A stretch of 64,000 nucleotides of DNA from a virus (Duplodnaviria; Caudoviricetes): positions 14,632-78,631 of the IMG/VR virus record IMGVR_UViG_2663763243_000005. One strand, 5' to 3'. Each line of letters begins with the position of its first letter. Position 1 is the stretch's first letter. Below, one piece after another: positions 9,556 through 18,602 of the stretch. The position numbers were made by a program, and so were the translations under genes. A model generated the notes under the pieces. It was not told the DNA's origin, ran no database searches, and worked only from the letters and a program-made list of their open reading frames with translations.

Positions 9556-9902
9556 TCGCCGCTGAGTTGCCAAAAAGGGCCGATATTTTCCCTCAGTACC
9601 TGCCCCAGCAATACCAGGTAATTATGGGCTTCATCTTGGAACAGGTTTTCGCCCACCGGGATGTTATCGGATTGGCGAACGATGCTACCGCTGTTAAAAC
9701 ACAGCTCTTTCAAGCGGTTTAAGCTCATCATATCGACGGAAGCTAAACTGGCCGCCATACCCATTGCGGTGACATTGGGATTGATCGCCGGTAACAAACC
9801 AGACTTAGCGGCGATTTGCAGCATTTCCACTTGATCTTTGGCCGGTGATGTTGCCCCGCGAAAAAGGGTGTCACCGATCACGACTTCAATTTGACGCCCC
9901 AT
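9513..9902 (-). CDS. Tail assembly chaperone
   Basis: Between tube and tape measure; in-frame slippery heptamers near the 3' end. Confidence 0.8.
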   Translation of the reverse strand: MGRQIEVVIGDTLFRGATSPAKDQVEMLQIAAKSGLLPAINPNVTAMGMAASLASVDMMSLNRLKELCFNSGSIVRQSDNIPVGENLFQDEAHNYLVLLGQVLRENIGPFWQLSGEGKSAENNPQHPPA

Positions 9903-9904
9903 AA

Positions 9905-10309
9905 TTAGGTTTCCTCTGAGTCAGCAAATTCAAAAATAAATTGTTCATCCGATACACCACTTTTTCCGGCGCGGGTAGCTGAGCCACGGTTAGTCATGAT
10001 GCCGTCGAACCCGGCAAAGCGTTCATCAGTGCCGGTCTGTGAAAAGGTAAAGGTGGCATCAATGCCGGATTTCTCCACCGCCAATAACTGCCGCGCCTGC
10101 ACCGAACCGGGGATCAGGTTGATGATCAAGCGTTTGGCGCGGGTTTTATTGTCCAGCCGTACTGACGTGCCGCCGATACCGCGTTTTAGCGCGGCGCGGG
10201 GTTCTAAATCTTCAATGGTGATCGGTGGGTCGGTATCACCAAAATCATCAATCGGGATACCAAAGACGGTGAGGTTAGAACCATCAGCGCCGTATCTGTG
10301 CATGGTCAT
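9905..10309 (-). CDS. Tail tube protein
   Basis: 134 aa, beta-rich, directly after the sheath. Confidence 0.75.
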   Translation of the reverse strand: MTMHRYGADGSNLTVFGIPIDDFGDTDPPITIEDLEPRAALKRGIGGTSVRLDNKTRAKRLIINLIPGSVQARQLLAVEKSGIDATFTFSQTGTDERFAGFDGIMTNRGSATRAGKSGVSDEQFIFEFADSEET

Positions 10310-10315
10310 AAGGGA

Positions 10316-11473
10316 TTACTCCACGGTGGCATTGATTTCAGCGATATGACCGGCACGGCCTAAAATCACTAACAGGGTGGTTAACGGGTAAACGCGTTTT
10401 TTGCGTTGGTCGGAGGTCAGTGAAAGGACATCTTCAGGGCGCGAACGGATAACAAAACCAAAGTCAGCCACTTTAGTCATACCATCATCGGGATCAACAT
10501 AAGAGCCTGTACCCAGCACACCATTGTTGAAAAAGCGTTTGCAGGTAGCAGCAACCGTAGACAACAACCCGTCATAGTCGCGTGGCGTTAGCGCGCGTTT
10601 GGTGCCGACATTGGCGATATAGTTGTAGCCATCCACTTGAATATGGTTTTTCAACACATCCAGATTGACCACGTCATCGATAAACTCACCATAGGACGAC
10701 ATCGATTTACTGTTGATCACCCGGCTGTTATCAATTTGCCCCGCCAGTTCAATTTTGGTGAAAAACACTGCGTTCTTGGCTTTTAAGGCATTGTAAGCAC
10801 TGGTCGCCATATCATCGCCGATGACTCCTGGTAACACCTGATACTCGCCAGTAATAGCAGTGTTTAGTCCTGTTGGTCTGAATTTATGGAACGCCGCCGC
10901 CAATTGCACCATTGAATAGGCTTGTGTCGGATCGGTAGTGACGGACTCAGCGGTTTTATAACCCGCAAACACATGACGGTTGCCTTTGCTTTTGAGCAGT
11001 GACACCACATCATCTACCTTGTTCTGGTCAGCAATGTCGTCATCACTAAATGTCCACCAGACCGGATGACCATTCGCATCAGACCAGTCGGCCAACTGGA
11101 GAATAATGTCATTGCTGGTTAAGTCGCTTGTTTTAAAGAAGTAGTGATAACGCCAAATGCGGTCAGTGGCGCTATTGACAGTTTCCAACAGCGAATTTTC
11201 AACATTCTTCATCCAGACGGTGATTTGTGGCGGTTTGGGAATTTGCGCAAAGTAGCGAGTCGCAATGTGATAAATCGGGCTGTCCGTTTGGAAATCAGCA
11301 CCAAGTTCTGGCAGTGATGCATAGTCGCGGAATGAGTCTGCATCAAACTTTGCCGCTTCTGCTAAGTCTGACGGATCAGCAAAGGTCAGCGCACTGGAAA
11401 AATCACCGTAGCCCAACCCTGCCGCCGTCAGAATAAGATTGACGGGGATAATATTATCAACCGGATAAGCCAT
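10316..11473 (-). CDS. Tail sheath protein (DUF3383-like)
   Basis: Start likely MAYPVDNIIPV at 11473; GEFIDDVVNLD motif; C-terminal GHIAEINATVE. Confidence 0.85.
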   Translation of the reverse strand: MAYPVDNIIPVNLILTAAGLGYGDFSSALTFADPSDLAEAAKFDADSFRDYASLPELGADFQTDSPIYHIATRYFAQIPKPPQITVWMKNVENSLLETVNSATDRIWRYHYFFKTSDLTSNDIILQLADWSDANGHPVWWTFSDDDIADQNKVDDVVSLLKSKGNRHVFAGYKTAESVTTDPTQAYSMVQLAAAFHKFRPTGLNTAITGEYQVLPGVIGDDMATSAYNALKAKNAVFFTKIELAGQIDNSRVINSKSMSSYGEFIDDVVNLDVLKNHIQVDGYNYIANVGTKRALTPRDYDGLLSTVAATCKRFFNNGVLGTGSYVDPDDGMTKVADFGFVIRSRPEDVLSLTSDQRKKRVYPLTTLLVILGRAGHIAEINATVE

Positions 11474-12017
11474 AAGAGCTGTCTCTTTCTCTAATTTGAA
11501 TGTCAAACCCTGCGGCGCGTAACAGCGCGTAGGATGCGGTTTTTTCGATGAATAGATGGATGTCAGTCTGATAGCGCGGCTGTAGTCCGGCTTGTAACAG
11601 TCCGGTAAGATTTCGGAAATTGCTGGAGAAACGCCAGGCGATTTTGTGACGGAACAGATAATCACTGACGGGCATCAGAAAATTGGCATTGGCTAAATGC
11701 ATAGCGGCAGTTGCTGCGCCCGTATTGAGCAAATTGACCGACAGCAAAAATTCCATTGAGGTACAGGACGTTTCTTGTAGATCTTGCCACTCTTCCCCTA
11801 ATGCCGGATCAGTTTCAGCAATGGCCGGGATAAATTCGCGCTTGCGCCGCGTTTGCCCATAGGCCCGAACCGGCACCGGGTTATAAGTGGCATATAAGCT
11901 ATTACCGATTGGTGGGTTACGACCTTGGTCGGCTAATACAACTCGATCAAGGGGAACTGCAGCGGCGAGTGAAATGAGTTGCTGAAATACCGGATACATC
12001 TCTTCAATGGTTTCCAT
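11457..12017 (-). CDS. Tail terminator / neck protein
   Basis: Synteny between head closure and sheath. Confidence 0.6.
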   Translation of the reverse strand: METIEEMYPVFQQLISLAAAVPLDRVVLADQGRNPPIGNSLYATYNPVPVRAYGQTRRKREFIPAIAETDPALGEEWQDLQETSCTSMEFLLSVNLLNTGAATAAMHLANANFLMPVSDYLFRHKIAWRFSSNFRNLTGLLQAGLQPRYQTDIHLFIEKTASYALLRAAGFDIQIRERDSSYGLSG

Positions 12018-12436
12018 CAGTCCGCACCTCGATAGCGTTCAACCAAGGCGCGACAAAAGCTACGCCAAGGCCGGTTATCGCAAGCCACCACCCGCCATTG
12101 CCGCATTACCAGCCCGTCACTGAATTCCAGTAAGTCGCTAAATTTCCCCTCGTCATCAGGCCAGAGATAATGCACACCATCGTTGATGTGCACCACTCGC
12201 AGATCCTGCGGGTTAGCCGTGCCGCCCATGCCGATCAGCATTTGAATATCTTTCCATTTTGCTGATTGGACATTCACCTTCTGCAATTCGGTGACCTGCG
12301 GTTCTCCCTGCTGCCAAATACCGCCGGGGCCGCTATAGTCACCGGCAGTCGGTCGAATCAACCGAATACCGCCCTCAATAGGCGAATTAAAGGTGGCATC
12401 AATATGCCCGTGCATATCCAGACCATTACCGAACAT
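12017..12436 (-). CDS. Head closure / neck protein
   Basis: Synteny; 139 aa. Confidence 0.55.
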   Translation of the reverse strand: MFGNGLDMHGHIDATFNSPIEGGIRLIRPTAGDYSGPGGIWQQGEPQVTELQKVNVQSAKWKDIQMLIGMGGTANPQDLRVVHINDGVHYLWPDDEGKFSDLLEFSDGLVMRQWRVVACDNRPWRSFCRALVERYRGAD

Positions 12437-12438
12437 GA

Positions 12439-12906
12439 TTAATCCTCCACGATATGAGTAAGTGCGCCTTTTAAATCGCCATGCCTGATAAGCGGTGTTG
12501 CCGAGCCTTTAGCTGCTACGGTGGCGTCAGCATTTTTGGGCTGAATACCGGCTTCTATCGCCTCTTGGCAATAACCCACCGCACGCAGACCAATCTGATC
12601 CAGCATTTGGAATGCCGTGATTTCGCCGCGAGTGACCTGCGCCGTCAGCACACGAAAGGCTTTTTTGATGTTGTCCTGATTTTGTCGCAGTGGAACGCGC
12701 AGAAATGAGCGCTCAGGGATACGCCCGTCAGCTGAGCCAAATTCCTGTACCGCACCAATCACCACAATGGGAGCACCATCTTCATACACCCCTGTCCCCT
12801 CCGGCAGCCCCACCAGCACTCGACGTTTTGCCGTTGCCCGCTGATGGATCTGGCGCAATTTCTGCGCCAGTTTTGTCCCGCCCCGTACTTCGGCCCGAAG
12901 TTTCAT
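12439..12906 (-). CDS. Neck / virion morphogenesis protein
   Basis: QEFG...IPERSFLR...PLI..GDL motif. Confidence 0.75.
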   Translation of the reverse strand: MKLRAEVRGGTKLAQKLRQIHQRATAKRRVLVGLPEGTGVYEDGAPIVVIGAVQEFGSADGRIPERSFLRVPLRQNQDNIKKAFRVLTAQVTRGEITAFQMLDQIGLRAVGYCQEAIEAGIQPKNADATVAAKGSATPLIRHGDLKGALTHIVED

Positions 12907-13310
12907 ACCATCATGGCCCCGGTACCGGCTCGGCGGCGCAAGCGCAGGAACTCCACCCCGTAGGTGGTCAGTGGTAAATCACCATTGATATTGAGATCGT
13001 CAGCAGTCACCGCCGGAACCGCAAAAGAGGTGGATTCATCACCAACCGATTTTGATGAGATGGCATAAGCCGCCCCAACATCACCACTGATAGCCCTTTT
13101 ACGCATCACCAACCGGTGGGCAGCAAAGGCAAACAGGCCACGTTTTTTGATTGATGCCGGGCGGGCATGATATTTCAGCCAACGTTGGCCGGTTTCCGAA
13201 TCGCCCTCCTCCAATGCCTGTATCACTTCGCGCTCAGCCCATAAGGTGGTATCGCTGAACTCCGGGTAATACTCGCGAAAGTCAGCCACAATTTGTGCAG
13301 TAATATCCAC
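12903..13310 (-). CDS. Head-tail adaptor (DUF4054-like)
   Basis: FREYYPEFSD, SSKSVGDES and TTYGVEF motifs. Confidence 0.8.
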   Translation of the reverse strand: MDITAQIVADFREYYPEFSDTTLWAEREVIQALEEGDSETGQRWLKYHARPASIKKRGLFAFAAHRLVMRKRAISGDVGAAYAISSKSVGDESTSFAVPAVTADDLNINGDLPLTTYGVEFLRLRRRAGTGAMMV

Positions 13311-13334
13311 ATCTCCCCCTAAAGTAAAAACCCG

Positions 13335-13715
13335 TCACGTGGACGGGTTATCAATGTTATCGGTTTCATCCGCTGGGGTTTCTGGCTCCGTGACATCATT
13401 CTGCGCCAGCTCGGCTTTTTTGCTATCAATCGCCTTTTGCAAGGTTAACGCTTTAGCCGCCGAGGGTGCTTTTTTACCAAATAAGGCTTCATATTCATCA
13501 CGTACCGCAGTGATATCCAGCCCACTATCATCTGCATGCTCATTAAGTGGAGCATCGAATTGTTCGGCGCGCATCATGCCTGCCTGAGTAAATAAGTGGC
13601 GAGTAAAGTTGCCATTCACCGCCGCTGAATGTCCAACAGCAATAGTGATGCGCTGGCCGGTTTCCTCATCGGTCACCGTCAGCGGTGATGTGTGCAAGTT
13701 AGTGAGTTCAAACAT
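13335..13715 (-). CDS. Hypothetical head-associated protein
   Basis: ORF after the capsid gene; YEALFGKKAP HeH-like segment. Confidence 0.6.
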   Translation of the reverse strand: MFELTNLHTSPLTVTDEETGQRITIAVGHSAAVNGNFTRHLFTQAGMMRAEQFDAPLNEHADDSGLDITAVRDEYEALFGKKAPSAAKALTLQKAIDSKKAELAQNDVTEPETPADETDNIDNPST

Positions 13716-13717
13716 GA

Positions 13718-14653
13718 TTAAACCCCATCGACATAGTGAGCGGCTTTAGGAATACGCCATTCCGTGCCACCGGTACGTAAAACGGCTGGCACTTTGAAAT
13801 TAACGTTGTCTGGTGTAGCTGGTGCGAGGAAGCGCAGCGGCATCACATCGTGGCCTTTCACTACTCGCATATCTTTTTTGTACACCACTAGACGATCTTT
13901 CTTCGCTGCCCCGGCTCCGGCCAGCAAGACATCATCATCAAAATCCATATCTTTGAAGTTGGTGCGCAGGAATTCCAGCAAGGTGACATTTGAAGCGTTA
14001 TGGGTTGATAACAGGGTGCGCATCAATAATTGATGTTGTTCCGAGGGCAGAACGAAACCATTAGGGCGGTGAACCGTGACGGTATTCTTCAGGTACACCT
14101 GGTTATAAGCGGCACCAAAGAAATCAATGATCGGTTGGGTGCCCTTGGTAGGGATAGCAGCCACCAAATCGGCCAAGGTCGCCGGAGCCGCCTCAACACC
14201 CACATTGGAACTGGTATATAGCCCCTCACCAATATCACTGTGACCGAGCAAGTAAATCTTATTCAGACCTTGTTCAACCACATCTCGTACCGCCTGACCG
14301 CGCTCCGCATCCAAATTGACGTTATTGAGCATGGCAAAACCGATTTCCTCAATGGAATAGGTGTAACCCAGTGCGGCGGTTTTGATCTCATGGAAGCCCT
14401 GATTCATGGCGATATCCACCGTCGGCACGTCAGTCGAGTTCGGGCCAAATATCTGTAACTCACCACGGGCATCAATCGAGCGGAACGCCACCACTTTTAC
14501 CCAGTCTGGCGCACTGTTATCCAGTGGTAGCAATGTGCTGTACTTAAACTGCGGATATTCCAGTCGGTAAATTTCCGATTCAATATGCGCAGCTTGTTGC
14601 ACCAGAAAAGAGAGCGCCGATACTGGGCTGACGTCAAATACACTTCGTTTCAT
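13718..14653 (-). CDS. Major capsid protein (DUF2184/encapsulin-like)
   Basis: 311 aa; GYTYSIEEI and TGGTEWRIPKAAHYVDGV motifs. Confidence 0.9.
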   Translation of the reverse strand: MKRSVFDVSPVSALSFLVQQAAHIESEIYRLEYPQFKYSTLLPLDNSAPDWVKVVAFRSIDARGELQIFGPNSTDVPTVDIAMNQGFHEIKTAALGYTYSIEEIGFAMLNNVNLDAERGQAVRDVVEQGLNKIYLLGHSDIGEGLYTSSNVGVEAAPATLADLVAAIPTKGTQPIIDFFGAAYNQVYLKNTVTVHRPNGFVLPSEQHQLLMRTLLSTHNASNVTLLEFLRTNFKDMDFDDDVLLAGAGAAKKDRLVVYKKDMRVVKGHDVMPLRFLAPATPDNVNFKVPAVLRTGGTEWRIPKAAHYVDGV

Positions 14654-14671
14654 GAATATGTTCCTTTAATT

Positions 14672-15196
14672 TTACTCGCCGCCAGCAGCTGCAGGTGTAG
14701 ATGCCAGAATGCCATCAACGCGAATTTCACCCACTTCACCGGCCACTACATCATCAACCCAGCGGACAAAATCTAATTCAACTCCGGTACCGCCTGCGGT
14801 TAACCGGCCCTGATTCCCCCCTACGGCTGTAATGACTGTTACGGTTTCGCCTGCGCTGGCACCATCGACACACAAGGCAAACATCGGCCCACGACGCAGT
14901 AACGACGCCACATGATCGATCTCATAACCCACTTCATAATCTGGGGGATTAGTGGGCACGCTATTGCTGAATACCGCCATCGAACGCACGGTAAAACCGA
15001 TAATCTGTGCGGCGGTAGTGGTCTGCGTGACAGGTGCACAAGAACGCGCGCCCACCCCACGGATCACTGCCCGACCAAAGGACACCATTTTGGTTTCCAC
15101 TCGACGCGAAACCACTTCACAGACATCCGTGGTTGAAATTTGGCCCTCGTAGGCTTTACCGCGCCATTTGGTGAATTCACTCTGAGCAATCGCCAT
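14672..15196 (-). CDS. Capsid decoration/cement protein
   Basis: Between protease/scaffold and capsid; SFGRAV motif. Confidence 0.7.
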   Translation of the reverse strand: MAIAQSEFTKWRGKAYEGQISTTDVCEVVSRRVETKMVSFGRAVIRGVGARSCAPVTQTTTAAQIIGFTVRSMAVFSNSVPTNPPDYEVGYEIDHVASLLRRGPMFALCVDGASAGETVTVITAVGGNQGRLTAGGTGVELDFVRWVDDVVAGEVGEIRVDGILASTPAAAGGE

Positions 15197-16395
15197 TATT
15201 TATTCTCCGCTTGTTTGCCATAACGTTTGTCCAGCCAGCTTTGGCGCACACTGTCACGAGTCGTCTGTGCATCGCCGGTTTTGACTTTCTTCATATCGCG
15301 ACCCAAATTGATGATGGAGTCATTAACCTCATTTTTATCATCCGGATCATCGTCATCCTCGCTTTCTCGCCGCTCTTCTTCGGCGTCGAAATAAGCTGCC
15401 AGGTAAGCATCCGGCGCTTTATCCCATGAGGGGTATTTGCGGCATTTGATCCCGGCACTGTCCAGCGCGGCACGCTTGATTTTTAGTGGGTCTACCGCAT
15501 CACAGCTAAATTCTGCACCGGCAATTTTGATAGCAGAGTCACGCGCTGCCACCACATCGGCCAGCCGTTTCGAAATCGCATCCTCAGACGATTTTTCTTT
15601 TAATGCCTCGATTTCTTCATCTTTGGCATCGGCTTTGGCTTCGGCTTCCTCTTTTTTCTGTTCAGCTTCATCCTTGGCGGCTTCGGCTTTTTCCTGCCCT
15701 TCCTCTGCGTCGCTGACACGTTTTTTTAGCGCATCCATCGATGATTGGATCAGCTGCTGGGTCGCTTCGTCAGCCACCTCTACGCGCACGCCGGAATCCA
15801 GCACAACTTTATACATGGGGGTTACTCCCTTGGGTTTACGGTCAAATAACCGCGCCAGGTGTCCGGCTCTGGCCTGATCACACAGTGCGATATGGTTGAT
15901 GGTGATGGTGCATTGAATAAATTCGTAGGCAGTACCGCAGGGCGCGATACCGGGGGCATAACGGTATTCAGAGGTGTAACCGGCGGATAATTCCTCTTTA
16001 TTTTGGTTGATGGCATCAATGGCGTACTGATCTTTAATCAGCAGATCGACCACCACATAATCAGGGTCATCGCTATCCTGTCGCCCTGGCGAAATAGCAT
16101 GCCCTGCGGTGACTTGCTTAAAGGTTTGGGCATTCACCAAATCATCAGGGTGATCAATGGTGACGTCTTTATTGTCATAACTGGCCAGACTTACCGGATC
16201 AAATACCTCCGCCGGTGGCCGGTACACATTGACAATTTGACCGGGTGGCCTGTCTTTTAATCCCAATTCAGAGGCGAGATATTGCTGCACACCGACGCGC
16301 GCAACCCGCCCGGGGACTTTTAAATAGCCCTCAGGAGTCATTTCTCGTTGGGAATTAATCGGAAAGGACACGCGGTCACGAACAGTGATCCGCAT
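15196..16395 (-). CDS. Prohead protease/scaffold (DUF2213)
   Basis: TPEGYL...ARVGVQQY...VTIDHP...ELSAGY...NHIAL..ARAG; coiled-coil acidic C-terminus. Confidence 0.9.
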   Translation of the reverse strand: MRITVRDRVSFPINSQREMTPEGYLKVPGRVARVGVQQYLASELGLKDRPPGQIVNVYRPPAEVFDPVSLASYDNKDVTIDHPDDLVNAQTFKQVTAGHAISPGRQDSDDPDYVVVDLLIKDQYAIDAINQNKEELSAGYTSEYRYAPGIAPCGTAYEFIQCTITINHIALCDQARAGHLARLFDRKPKGVTPMYKVVLDSGVRVEVADEATQQLIQSSMDALKKRVSDAEEGQEKAEAAKDEAEQKKEEAEAKADAKDEEIEALKEKSSEDAISKRLADVVAARDSAIKIAGAEFSCDAVDPLKIKRAALDSAGIKCRKYPSWDKAPDAYLAAYFDAEEERRESEDDDDPDDKNEVNDSIINLGRDMKKVKTGDAQTTRDSVRQSWLDKRYGKQAENK

Positions 16396-16406
16396 AATAT
16401 ATCCTG

Positions 16407-17264
16407 TTAGTAATCAAGCCCCTTGATTTGGGGAATTGCATGACAGCGGCAACCAATATGGGCTCTGCCGGGGAATAATCCGCTTTCACCGTGATAAGCC
16501 GCGCCCCGCGACCAAAGATAAATACCCACGCCATAACCCACATTGCTGCGGGAAATTTCAAAGCATTTGATTGTGGCCCGAGGGTATTTACCGGCAGGGT
16601 TGCCTGACACTCTTACATCTTGCGAGGTAGACCAGCGGAAACGGTTAATTCCTGCGCCGACCTGCCGAGTGTGAGTAATATCACTGCGGATTTTGGCGGT
16701 TTGGTCGCGGGAAATAAGATGCGCACGCTGATAGCTGGCACCGGTCACTTGCTGGAGATTTCTGACCATGGTGCTGAGCGAGTCACCGCGCATGATGCTG
16801 TCCATCACTTCCCGCTGAATATCATCGAAATAATCAGCGGACAGCGACTTAATCAGGGCGACATTACTTTCGACCGAGGCATCGAAATAATCCACTAATG
16901 ATTCATTGACCATTAATGAGGTCATATCAATACCGATAGCGCGATTAATTTGCTCAACAAATGCCGCAGAGCTTTCAGATTCTGCGCGACTCACCACTTG
17001 CCGGGCTAATCGGTCAGCCTGACGGCCCATCACTGAACTATTAAATTTGTCGGCGGCCTGCCTGATTGACTGTTTGATGATATCGACCAGATAACTATCA
17101 GCGGTGTAATTACGGCGCAGAATTGGTGTTAATACTTCATCAATCGACTGGGCCATCATCCGAACCATTTCACGTAACTGAGCACGATAATAACGTTCGG
17201 TTTCATCTGTCAGTTTAACTGGCCTGAGTTGTGCCCTCCGGCGCGGCGGCTGGGTTTTTATCAT
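16407..17264 (-). CDS. Minor head morphogenesis protein (MuF/SPP1 gp7)
   Basis: ISRDQTAK, WSTSQDVRV and PG...GCRC motifs; true start uncertain (17264 or slightly upstream). Confidence 0.85.
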   Translation of the reverse strand: MIKTQPPRRRAQLRPVKLTDETERYYRAQLREMVRMMAQSIDEVLTPILRRNYTADSYLVDIIKQSIRQAADKFNSSVMGRQADRLARQVVSRAESESSAAFVEQINRAIGIDMTSLMVNESLVDYFDASVESNVALIKSLSADYFDDIQREVMDSIMRGDSLSTMVRNLQQVTGASYQRAHLISRDQTAKIRSDITHTRQVGAGINRFRWSTSQDVRVSGNPAGKYPRATIKCFEISRSNVGYGVGIYLWSRGAAYHGESGLFPGRAHIGCRCHAIPQIKGLDY

Positions 17265-18600
17265 CGCCTGAAGTGTTGCCAAGCCGGAATTGATAATCAC
17301 CTTGTCGCTCGGCTGACTCATCATCTTCAAGTCGGGTGATGTCATTTTCTTGAATACCATAAACCCCTTGCTCCATCAGCTTACGGGCGACCTGCGACGG
17401 CAACACCACTTTTTGCTGGAGGCGAATATCATCAGCCTGTGCATCAGCCAGTCGCTGGGCCGATATCTCGCTATCAGTTGGTTGTGACAGTGGCGCAAAA
17501 GTAAAATCCAGACCATTTGGCATGGTGCCAAGGGTCGAACGTACCAGCACCTCATCCAGTTTTTTTAGGAACGGGCGGTATTTCGCCTCCTGATCCCCTT
17601 TGATGGTGCTGAAATAATTGTTCTGGTCACCCTGCCCTGAATCGCCCATACCTTTGGCCTGTACGCCGAAGATACGAGTCATCGGAATACCTGATGCGCC
17701 TGCCGTCCACTCCATCAGCACCGCCAACACCTCCCCCAAGCCACCGAAAGAGATTTGTTTGCGATCAAGGGTTTCTTTGGAATCCAGTAACGCCAGCCGA
17801 AATAGCGATTTCATCATGCCGAAAGTGTTATAGCGTTTGGCTATCGCCTCATCCATATCGCCAGAAGCTAAATCAGTGGCCAGATTTTCTTTACTGATGG
17901 TGTCGATATTGGCTTCGAGAATTAGTGAAGAAATCCCCCCTTTGGCGGCAACGGCATCTTTCACATCCTCAAGGCAGCGCCTCAAGCGGCTATCATCCCA
18001 GCCGCCGTTAATCATGCGTAAACGCATCGGCAAGGCCGCACCGGGCGCTCGCACAAAATGGCTGAAATGGATTTTCTGCTGACCGCCGTTTACCAGGTAG
18101 TAATCCGGCTGCATAAAGTTCTCAGCCAGCGGGTTAGAAACGTTGTATTGCTGCCCATTGATCAACATGCGATCCAACACCAACAAACGCTTAAGTGAGC
18201 CTTTCTTGATATTCTTTAATTCCAATTCATGAGACAGGTCTTGGTCGGTCAGCATCAATATCCCCGCCCCGCCATACAATCCGGCCCATTTAAAGGACTC
18301 TTGGGTGACCCCCTGAATATTGAACTGGTTTTCAGCATTGCGTAGTGCGGTAGCATCATCTGACGGAAATGAGCGCCATTCGCGGGTGGCGTCATCAACC
18401 GGAATATCAATAATCGAACGGGCGATCCAGTTTTCGGTATAAGCGGCCTCTAGCTCAGCAAAATCTTGCATCGCGCCATACATAAAGCGGCTATACATGC
18501 GCCGGTCACGGTCGGTACCCATGCCCGTCATCACATTCGACAAACCATCAGCAGTCAGGCGAATGCGGGGTTTACCGCCAAAATCCAGTTTTTCACTCAT
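17215..18600 (-). CDS. Portal protein (DUF1073)
   Basis: IIDIPVDDATREW, LYGGA and GIPMTRIFG motifs; follows TerL. Confidence 0.9.
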   Translation of the reverse strand: MSEKLDFGGKPRIRLTADGLSNVMTGMGTDRDRRMYSRFMYGAMQDFAELEAAYTENWIARSIIDIPVDDATREWRSFPSDDATALRNAENQFNIQGVTQESFKWAGLYGGAGILMLTDQDLSHELELKNIKKGSLKRLLVLDRMLINGQQYNVSNPLAENFMQPDYYLVNGGQQKIHFSHFVRAPGAALPMRLRMINGGWDDSRLRRCLEDVKDAVAAKGGISSLILEANIDTISKENLATDLASGDMDEAIAKRYNTFGMMKSLFRLALLDSKETLDRKQISFGGLGEVLAVLMEWTAGASGIPMTRIFGVQAKGMGDSGQGDQNNYFSTIKGDQEAKYRPFLKKLDEVLVRSTLGTMPNGLDFTFAPLSQPTDSEISAQRLADAQADDIRLQQKVVLPSQVARKLMEQGVYGIQENDITRLEDDESAERQGDYQFRLGNTSGDDKNPAAAPEGTTQAS

Positions 18601-18602
18601 CG

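Noticed and set aside
11474-11665. N-terminal extensions given by the ORF track (sheath; also fibre 1396-1464, MuF 17283-17360, holin 27177-27239)
   Set aside because: They overlap upstream genes or leaders; downstream starts fit RBS position and family N-termini better
15437-15877. Long + strand ORFs opposite structural genes (also 48879-49430, 51896-52399, 61478-61981)
   Set aside because: Shadow frames of well-supported - strand genes with no RBS or motifs
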